A stretch of DNA of 64,000 nucleotides from Candidatus Micrarchaeota archaeon (GTDB lineage: Archaea; Micrarchaeota; Micrarchaeia; Norongarragalinales; SBBD01). Below the pieces are notes generated by a model, which made no database searches, was not told where the DNA came from, and saw nothing but the letters and a program-made list of their open reading frames with translations. The stretch lies in assembly GCA_018819225.1 (NCBI GenBank), contig JAHJQN010000004.1, forward strand, positions 685-64,684, in the 5' to 3' direction. Positions within the stretch are counted from its first letter, which is position 1. Each line of letters opens with the position of its first letter. Position numbers and translations under genes: made by a program. This document shows, piece by piece, positions 17,425 through 23,537 of this stretch.

Positions 17425-17540
17425 GCTGCTCACGATTTATCTCATCTCGCCAAAGGTTGATTTATTGATTCGCGCCGAATTCGGCACGACAGTGCCAACT
17501 TTTTTGAGGCGTTGAGCCCTCGTCCAGGAGCTCGGCCAAG
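17425..17540 (+). repeat. Cassette-junction element copy A2
   Basis: GCTGCTCACGATTTATCTCATCTCGCCAAAGGTTGATTTATTGATTCGCGCCGAATTCGGCACGACAGTGCCAACTTTTTTGAGGCGTTGAGCCCTCGTCCAGGAGCTCGGCCAAG. Confidence 0.9.
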
Positions 17541-17609
17541 TCAAATCCATTTTTTTAGCTCACACGCCTGTTTGAAAACAGGTGGTTGTTCGAGTGGGTT
17601 TTGCGTGTT

Positions 17610-17894
17610 TCAATCGTATGTGTGCTCGTCCCTGAGGCCGAAATTGAGCACCTGAATCTTCTTTCGCTTCCAGTCCACGAAATACTGTAGCCGATAACGG
17701 GAAAGGCGGATGCGAAAGTATCCGTCGCCGCCCGACAGCTTGGTCACATCGTAGCGTTTCGCGGGGACGGGCTCAGTTTGGAGTATTCCGGCAAGTTCAT
17801 GCACGCGCTTCCTCATTTCCGGATTTGCTTTGCGGATTGCTTTAAGTGCTTGCGGACTGAAATAGATGTTAAACACAGAGGGCACCCGCAGCAT
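17610..17894 (-). CDS. RelE/ParE-family type II toxin
   Basis: 94 aa. The pattern YFRIRLSRYRLQYFVDWKRKKIQVLNFGLRDEHTY is typical of RelE/ParE. 1-nt overlap (TGATG) with the upstream small gene. Confidence 0.8.
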   Translation of the reverse strand: MLRVPSVFNIYFSPQALKAIRKANPEMRKRVHELAGILQTEPVPAKRYDVTKLSGGDGYFRIRLSRYRLQYFVDWKRKKIQVLNFGLRDEHTYD

Positions 17895-18094
17895 CAGAAC
17901 AGCGTCCTTGTGTACGGGACCGAGTTTCCTTCGTCCATTTCGGACTTGATTTTTCGCAAGCGAGCCAGCTCCTTGGCGGAAGCCTTTTCTTCAGGGATCA
18001 GGCTTAAGAGCAAGGCGTTGTTTTTCTCCACTTCATGCTTCAAATTCTTGACTTCCCGATACAATATGTTGACGTTGACTTCCACGAATAACAC
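17894..18094 (-). CDS. Putative cognate antitoxin
   Basis: 66 aa, helical and charged, translationally coupled directly upstream of the RelE-like gene. The start codon is uncertain. Confidence 0.55.
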   Translation of the reverse strand: MLFVEVNVNILYREVKNLKHEVEKNNALLLSLIPEEKASAKELARLRKIKSEMDEGNSVPYTRTLF

Positions 18095-18110
18095 CGGAAT
18101 AATTAGCTAT

Positions 18111-18232
18111 CACCGGTTATTTAAATACGAGTGTAGCACGTTTCGGGTAATTTATTATTTCGCGTCGATTATGACGCGCAAACGCCAATTTTTAAGGCCT
18201 TGACCCCTCGTCTAGAAGCTTGGCCAAGGCGT
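18111..18232 (+). repeat. Cassette-junction element copy B2 (long variant with a duplicated AT-rich 5' module)
   Basis: GGTTATTTAAATACGAG..., then TTTATTATTTCGCGTCGATTATGACGCGCAAACGCCAATTTTTAAGGCCTTGACCCCTCGTCTAGAAGCTTGGCCAAGGCG. Confidence 0.8.
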
Positions 18233-18268
18233 TCTGGCTTTTTTTTTGGGGGGGGGCATCGTTTCAGG

Positions 18269-18679
18269 TTACAGTATTCCCACTTTTTTGGCGAGCTCTG
18301 CGGTTGAATACACTGGAATCCTCGTTTGCGCCTTCAAGTCCTTGTCGTTAGACCATACAGCCGCGTTTTCCTTAAGCGCAACTGCTACGTACAGCCAGTC
18401 CTTGGGGTCCGAAACGAGGGTTCGTGCGGCAGGCAGGTACGGTTTCAATTCCCGGTCGGGAACGAGTTCAATGAACGAAAGCACGTCTCTAATCAACGCG
18501 TCAAATTTTTTCTCTCCGTACGCGTATTTTCCAAGCAGGTACGTGCGGTATTTCAAGTACTCGCGCGCGATGAATTTCGGTGCATACAATTGCAAGTCTG
18601 GGTTGAACAAGAGCCTTCGCGTCATGCCGTCCTTCAGGAGAGCAGCAAACAAGACGTTGGCATCAATTACGGTCTTCAT
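18269..18679 (-). CDS. vapC: PIN-domain toxin VapC
   Basis: 136 aa. N-terminal VIDANVLFAAL and C-terminal WSNDKDL supply the acidic PIN residues. Overlaps the upstream antitoxin gene. Confidence 0.85.
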   Translation of the reverse strand: MKTVIDANVLFAALLKDGMTRRLLFNPDLQLYAPKFIAREYLKYRTYLLGKYAYGEKKFDALIRDVLSFIELVPDRELKPYLPAARTLVSDPKDWLYVAVALKENAAVWSNDKDLKAQTRIPVYSTAELAKKVGIL

Positions 18680-18905
18680 TCAGAAGCGCCTTGGCATGTT
18701 TTCGGGCGGATGCGTCGACTTTCTTTACGAGGATTTTGACGTCCTCTTCGGTCAGCCTGCTCCCGGAAGCTAGCGCTTCGGTTCTTTCGAGCGCTTCCAG
18801 CTTTTCTCCGATGACGGTTCGGATGGCGCTTGACCAGCGGATGTCCTTATGCTGGTCCATACGTTTCTTCAGGTCATCGGGAATGAACAACGTGACGTTT
18901 GCCAT
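18663..18905 (-). CDS. vapB: VapB-type antitoxin
   Basis: 80 aa. N-terminus MANVTLFIPDDLKKRMD has the ribbon-helix-helix/AbrB-like antitoxin pattern. 17-nt overlap with vapC. Confidence 0.7.
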   Translation of the reverse strand: MANVTLFIPDDLKKRMDQHKDIRWSSAIRTVIGEKLEALERTEALASGSRLTEEDVKILVKKVDASARKHAKALLNEDRN

Positions 18906-18922
18906 TTTTGTTCACCTTTTCT

Positions 18923-18942
18923 TATATGTGTAATCACATATA
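18923..18942 (-). promoter_or_regulatory. Palindromic operator in the vapBC promoter
   Basis: Perfect 8-bp arms TATATGTG-TAAT-CACATATA overlap a TATA-like ATTTATAT (minus strand) about 20-45 nt upstream of the vapB ATG. Confidence 0.5.
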
Positions 18943-19035
18943 AATACCTTTGCATTTGTTCATTCGTGTATTATAGTTCCTTTAACTTCCTCTGCTTTAT
19001 GAAAAGTCTGACCAGAATATTATGGATAAACTTGG

Positions 19036-19128
19036 CAAAGGTTGATTTATTTATTCGTGCCAAATTTAGCACGATAATGCCATTTATTTTGAGGCGTTGA
19101 GTCCGTGTCTAGGAGCTCGGCCAAGGCG
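19036..19128 (+). repeat. Cassette-junction element copy A3
   Basis: 93 nt, with 90/93 positions identical to 20289-20381 by manual count. Confidence 0.92.
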
Positions 19129-19450
19129 TCGAACCTATACCTAACAGTAGGTTCGACTCCCTATCAGGGTGTCATACCTTCGCCGTTGGTGACCCTGTTT
19201 TGGGCCTTTCTGAAGCCTTTATTGGCTTTTCATTGGCTTTTTTGACGCTATTTTCCCATTTTCCTGGCAACCACCTTTGACGCTCTGGCTCAAGCCTTTG
19301 CTCTATAAATAGCTTGCTCCAGCACCCTGATTCCGTTCATCAACAAAATCCTTTCAGGCGATAGGCTAGGAGGTATTGGATTCCTTGCAATTACATTTCG
19401 AGACACCTCGCGGCTCGCAATCTCTGACTTGCCATGCCCTTACTAATGCC

Positions 19451-19510
19451 GCAAGGGTCTCATATCAATTCGTGCTAAATTTGGCACGGTGGTGCCAACT
19501 TTGTTGATAG
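19451..19510 (+). repeat. Cassette-junction element copy B3 (5' half only)
   Basis: GCAAGGGTCTCATATCAATTCGTGCTAAATTTGGCACGGTGGTGCCAACTTTGTTGATAGG. Confidence 0.7.
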
Positions 19511-19567
19511 GACCAGCAAACGGCTTAACCTCTCGTTAGGGTTTTGATGTGAAATGTGCCACAATTA

Positions 19568-20227
19568 TTATTGAGCACTTGCCGACTCTTTGAATTCTCT
19601 TCTTATCTTTTCTGCTTTTCGAAGCATTTTGTTTATCGCTCCACGATTAAACCAGGTGTCGGGTTGAAATGGAAACATGCGCCCATCCATTAGTTTATAG
19701 TCTATGATTACCGGAATCGATTTGCCTTCTCCGATATTCTTCACCATAATGTTATCCGGGTGAAGATCCATTAACGGCGTCTTATTGGATTTAAAATAAT
19801 TAATAAGTTCATCGAATTTACTCCAAAAATGTGGGTTGAGCTTGCCTTGGTTCATGCTGAGCGGCGTTGCTGGAGTTCCATCCGCATTTCTTACTCGTTC
19901 CATGTGGAGGACGCTGTTAAGCCCTGAACCCTCTAACTTCAATACTTTCGCAAAGCAATCTGACAATCTGCGAGGCGAGTGGGAAAAACAGCGGTTGTAG
20001 TTATCTTTTTCCATACGATTTAGGTCGGTTGATCCATATTTCCAGCGGATATACCAGCCTAAAGGGTAATCGACATGGAAAAAACCATAGTTTTTTGTCC
20101 GAAAACCTTTGTGTCTTTTTTCAACGATGTCTTCATGAAAAGTTACTTTTCGGTATCTTCCTTCACCGATTGACGCAAGTCGTCTTCTGCTTTGTTGTTC
20201 GGGCAAGCCCCCGATTTTGAAACGCAT
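19568..20227 (-). CDS. Atypical protein-kinase-like protein (YrbL/Kdo-kinase-like fold)
   Basis: 219 aa. Catalytic-loop-like MDLHPDNIMV followed by VIIDY (DFG-equivalent position). The assignment rests on these motifs only. Confidence 0.5.
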   Translation of the reverse strand: MRFKIGGLPEQQSRRRLASIGEGRYRKVTFHEDIVEKRHKGFRTKNYGFFHVDYPLGWYIRWKYGSTDLNRMEKDNYNRCFSHSPRRLSDCFAKVLKLEGSGLNSVLHMERVRNADGTPATPLSMNQGKLNPHFWSKFDELINYFKSNKTPLMDLHPDNIMVKNIGEGKSIPVIIDYKLMDGRMFPFQPDTWFNRGAINKMLRKAEKIRREFKESASAQ

Positions 20228-20288
20228 AATTACCTTCGGTCTTATCTTTCTTTAAAACCCTTTCAAAGTTGGTTTTTTCCTTAGTTTT

Positions 20289-20381
20289 CAAAGGTTGATT
20301 TATTTATTCGTGCCAAATTTAGCACGATAATGCCATTTATTTTGAGGCGTTGAGCCCGCGTCTAGGAGTTCGGCCAAGGCG
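20289..20381 (+). repeat. Cassette-junction element copy A4
   Basis: 93 nt, near-identical to A3. Confidence 0.92.
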
Positions 20382-20391
20382 CTCGGAATTT

Positions 20392-20709
20392 TTAATCGAT
20401 TCGAAATACTCGGAACTGTTCGTCTTCATACTCGGCCGCAAAGGTTGATATGAGACGCTTGACCGTTGGACACAATGTTTCGCTGTCCGATTCCTTGCGT
20501 TGAACAAACGCTCGCACTTTTCCTTCTTTCATGAATTGCATTGCAACTGATAAATCGCTGCAATACTGCATACCCGACTTCACGTTCTGCATTACGCTCT
20601 CATCAAAAGGCCCGTAAGCCGCGTCCCTTCCGGATAATTGAATCCATTGAGCCTTAGTCACCATAGATAGGAGTGCGCATTCTGGGATATTACGTTTCGT
20701 TGCCTCCAC
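20392..20709 (-). CDS. Hypothetical protein
   Basis: 105-aa ORF filling the last module of the island. No recognisable motif. Confidence 0.45.
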   Translation of the reverse strand: MEATKRNIPECALLSMVTKAQWIQLSGRDAAYGPFDESVMQNVKSGMQYCSDLSVAMQFMKEGKVRAFVQRKESDSETLCPTVKRLISTFAAEYEDEQFRVFRID

Positions 20710-20836
20710 TTCCTCCCGTTCTTTGGACTTGACCCCTTTTTTAATGATTGGGATTTAGCTTCCGCCTTGCAATCGCAGTGTATTTAAATCTCTGAGCTGA
20801 AAACGCTTCAAAAATGCCGGAGGAGGGATTCCACTT

Positions 20837-21541
20837 ATGGTAGAGAAAAAGTTGTTGAAAGTGCTTGAAAATCAGAAGGCAACCCCTACGGTCGATGTGT
20901 TGAAATTGGCTGACGAAACCGGTAATCCGTTTTCGTTTAAGCCCGGGCAATTCGGTATGCTTCATGTTCAAGAAAACGGTGGCGAGGTCAAGCGCCCGTA
21001 CTCGTTTGCATCGTCTCCGAACGAGAAGCGTTTCGTGGAGTTTTGCATTAAGCGCGTTCCCAAGGGACGCGTATCCAATTTGGTGTGTGATCTGATCGTG
21101 GGTCGAGGTCTCATGGTTTCTGGTCCGTACGGCGTATTTCGTTTGCGCGGGAATGAAAAAGAGATCGTTTTTCTCGCGAGTGGAACCGGGATTGCTCCGT
21201 TCAAGTCCATGATTGAATCCTTGTTTGAACAGGGATCGGATAAATCCATATGGTTATTGTTTGGAATTCGCAATGAATCGGAAATCATCTACCGTTCTTT
21301 CTTCGAGAATCTTGCGGAACAGCACTCGAATTTTCACTTCTATCCCGTGCTCAGCGACAAGGAGCTCGGTGATTGGAAGGGCGAGCGGGGTTTTGTTAGC
21401 GATGCGATTGACCGCGTGCTTCCTTCTTTGGATGAGAAAGAGTTCTATTTGTGCGGGGTACCCGTTATGGTGAAGTCCGTGAACGACTTCCTGCTGCAAA
21501 AAGGCGTTCTCAAGGAACGCATTTTCATGGAGCAATACTGA
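20837..21541 (+). CDS. FNR-like FAD/NAD(P)-binding oxidoreductase
   Basis: 234 aa. FAD-binding RPYSFAS and NAD(P)-binding LASGTGIAPF. Confidence 0.8.
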   Translation: MVEKKLLKVLENQKATPTVDVLKLADETGNPFSFKPGQFGMLHVQENGGEVKRPYSFASSPNEKRFVEFCIKRVPKGRVSNLVCDLIVGRGLMVSGPYGVFRLRGNEKEIVFLASGTGIAPFKSMIESLFEQGSDKSIWLLFGIRNESEIIYRSFFENLAEQHSNFHFYPVLSDKELGDWKGERGFVSDAIDRVLPSLDEKEFYLCGVPVMVKSVNDFLLQKGVLKERIFMEQY

Positions 21542-21545
21542 TTCC

Positions 21546-22235
21546 TTACGAGGGCGTCCACGTACAGACGACTTCGGGATCCGGGCACTCCGGGTTTTCT
21601 CCGGGGCAGTCACTGCATGCAAACGTTTCCGAGTACTTGCAGCAGCAGCTGTAGCTGTTGTAGTCCCCCCACGTCCATGAGTACACTTGCGTGTATATGC
21701 AGAGCGTGTTGCACTCCGGGGCTTCTTCTTGAGCGGTTTCCTGACACGATCTTTCGTCTAAGTTATCGCCGAGGAATTCTCCGAATCCGCCGCTAGCGCA
21801 TTGCGCGTTGCAGTCCACGGGCGTTGCATCGCATTCGTCTCCGATTCCATCTCCATCCATGTCGCTTTGGTCGGAATTGGGCACGTCCGCGCAATTATCC
21901 GCATCGCCACATTCTCCGTCGTTATCGTAATCGTTGTATGAATCATACGGGCAGGCATCGCACGCGTCTCCAATCGTATCTTCATCCATGTCTTCTTGTC
22001 CGGAGTTGGCGACCATGGGACAGTTATCCTTGTCATTCAAAATACCGTCTCCGTCGTAATCCGGATTATCTGATGGGGTGGGTGTCGCACCGTCTGTAGG
22101 CGTTACGGTCGCCTCATCAACTGGAGTCGGTGTGGGCTCGTCATCCGTGGGTTCAGCGACCACGCACTTGCATTCCACGCATACTTTGGGTGGTTCGCAC
22201 GTATCGGGGTATGTCATCGGATTGCCATACCGCAA
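21546..22235 (-). CDS. Cys-rich Ca-binding protein with thrombospondin type-3-like repeats. The N-terminal signal lies in another frame.
   Basis: Repeats DYDGDGILNDKDNC, DMDEDTIGDACDAC and DMDGDGIGDECD. A lipoprotein-type signal MMGNKLHAVIIISTLFLSGC is encoded by the overlapping ORF 22153-22395 in a different frame. Confidence 0.6.
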   Translation of the reverse strand: MRYGNPMTYPDTCEPPKVCVECKCVVAEPTDDEPTPTPVDEATVTPTDGATPTPSDNPDYDGDGILNDKDNCPMVANSGQEDMDEDTIGDACDACPYDSYNDYDNDGECGDADNCADVPNSDQSDMDGDGIGDECDATPVDCNAQCASGGFGEFLGDNLDERSCQETAQEEAPECNTLCIYTQVYSWTWGDYNSYSCCCKYSETFACSDCPGENPECPDPEVVCTWTPS

Positions 22236-22500
22236 TGGCGTCCGCTACTCCGTATGTTTCAATGCATCCGGATAGGAACAACGTACTGATGATAATGACT
22301 GCGTGCAGCTTGTTTCCCATCATGGTAGCCCCTTCTAAGAAATCAGACGGAACGCACCTTGTTTTATTCATATAACCGGGTTCCGATCTCTTCAAGGGGT
22401 TTGGGTTATCTAATCATCCTCCTGATCGACATTCAACCGCATGTTTTAATACGGTGTTCGAGTGCTTTCACGGTATGTGGGAATAGAGACGTAGTTTTTC

Positions 22501-22959
22501 ATGAAAAAGAAAATTTTCAAAGCGAAAACCGATAACGAGTTTTTGGACCAACTCGCTTTCATTATTTTTGTTGCGGGGTTCCGTTATTCCTTGGTTGAAA
22601 AGCGCTGGCCCGCCATTACAAAAGCGTTTCGGAAATTTTCGATTCGCTCGCTTTCCTCGACCAACGAACAGGATGTGGCGCGCATCATGGAGTCCAAGGG
22701 CATGATTCGAAACCGCCAAAAAGTGGAAGCGATCATCCAGAATGCGGTGATGTGCCGGGAGATTCAAAAGGAGTACGGAAGCGTACTGCAGTGGATTGAC
22801 GAGGCGAAAAAAAGCGAGACCGAAGGCATTTTTCACCGGATTCCCCTCAAGGAACGATTTCAGGAGTTCAATCGCATCGGGGAAACGACGTCGGGTTGGC
22901 TGGCCAACTTATATTCGAGTCCGAAACAATATGTAGTGTACGAGATTCCCGGCACGTAA
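22501..22959 (+). CDS. DNA-3-methyladenine glycosylase I (Tag)-like protein
   Basis: 152 aa. The pattern VAGFRYSLVEKRWPAITKAFRKF...MIRNRQKVEAIIQNA resembles the Tag family. Confidence 0.6.
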   Translation: MKKKIFKAKTDNEFLDQLAFIIFVAGFRYSLVEKRWPAITKAFRKFSIRSLSSTNEQDVARIMESKGMIRNRQKVEAIIQNAVMCREIQKEYGSVLQWIDEAKKSETEGIFHRIPLKERFQEFNRIGETTSGWLANLYSSPKQYVVYEIPGT

Positions 22960-22965
22960 GCCATT

Positions 22966-23520
22966 CTATTCCTTCCACTTGATGCTGCAGCCCATTGATG
23001 GCCGGAATGGCTTGTCAACTTTTTTTCCTTGCAACACCATTTCGATGGCCTCGGCCATATCCTTTTTCGTGACCGGTGCCCCGGGACTCATGGCGTCATC
23101 CAATCTTCCGTGCCACGCCAATTCGTGTTTCCCATCGAAGAGAAAGGGATCGGGCGTGCATACCGCCCCATATTGTTTCGCGACGTCTTGCGTGTCATCC
23201 ACCAAATACGGAAAAGGAAAACGGTTTTCTTGAGCAAATTGTATCATGTGTTCAAAATCGTCGTCGGGATAATTGACGGGATCGTTGGAGTTGATCAGAA
23301 TGATTTGAAGTCCGCGGGAAGCGAATGATTCGTGGAGTTCGCGGATGGCCGCCATCTTGGCTTTGACGTACGGGCAATGATTGCAGCCGAAAATGATGAG
23401 TACGGCTTTCGCTTGGGAGAATGACGGCAACGAGTACGTTTTTCCATCGGTTCCGTTAAGCCGGAAATCCGGGGCTTTGTCGTTGACGGTGAGTGTTTGT
23501 TTCGATTCCAATAGAACCAT
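22966..23520 (-). CDS. Thioredoxin-fold (AhpC/TSA-like) protein
   Basis: 184 aa. VLIIFGCNHCPYVKA contains a CxxC. It lies 18 nt downstream of the helicase gene on the same strand. Confidence 0.65.
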   Translation of the reverse strand: MVLLESKQTLTVNDKAPDFRLNGTDGKTYSLPSFSQAKAVLIIFGCNHCPYVKAKMAAIRELHESFASRGLQIILINSNDPVNYPDDDFEHMIQFAQENRFPFPYLVDDTQDVAKQYGAVCTPDPFLFDGKHELAWHGRLDDAMSPGAPVTKKDMAEAIEMVLQGKKVDKPFRPSMGCSIKWKE

Positions 23521-23537
23521 TGCTTTTCTCCCTGGAA

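Noticed and set aside
19140-19175. tRNA 3' half suggested by AGGTTCGACTCCC
   Set aside because: No 5-bp T-stem can be formed around the TTCGACT loop. The sequence is instead the right arm of a perfect 10-bp hairpin (19128-19157).
12433-20381. Junction elements as canonical integron attC sites
   Set aside because: A GTTGAGC (GTTRRRY-like) box exists, and its complement GCTCAAC fits RYYYAAC on the other strand. However, there is no complementary partner box at the opposite end of the element. The outer arms (AAAGGTTG ... CCAACTTTT) have GTT...AAC polarity, the reverse of R''...R'. The 5' and 3' thirds of the element are direct repeats of each other, not inverted ones. I keep 'integron-like' only as an analogy.
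22468-22836. 122-aa minus-strand ORF
   Set aside because: It is antisense to the Tag-like glycosylase ORF, which has family-typical motifs.
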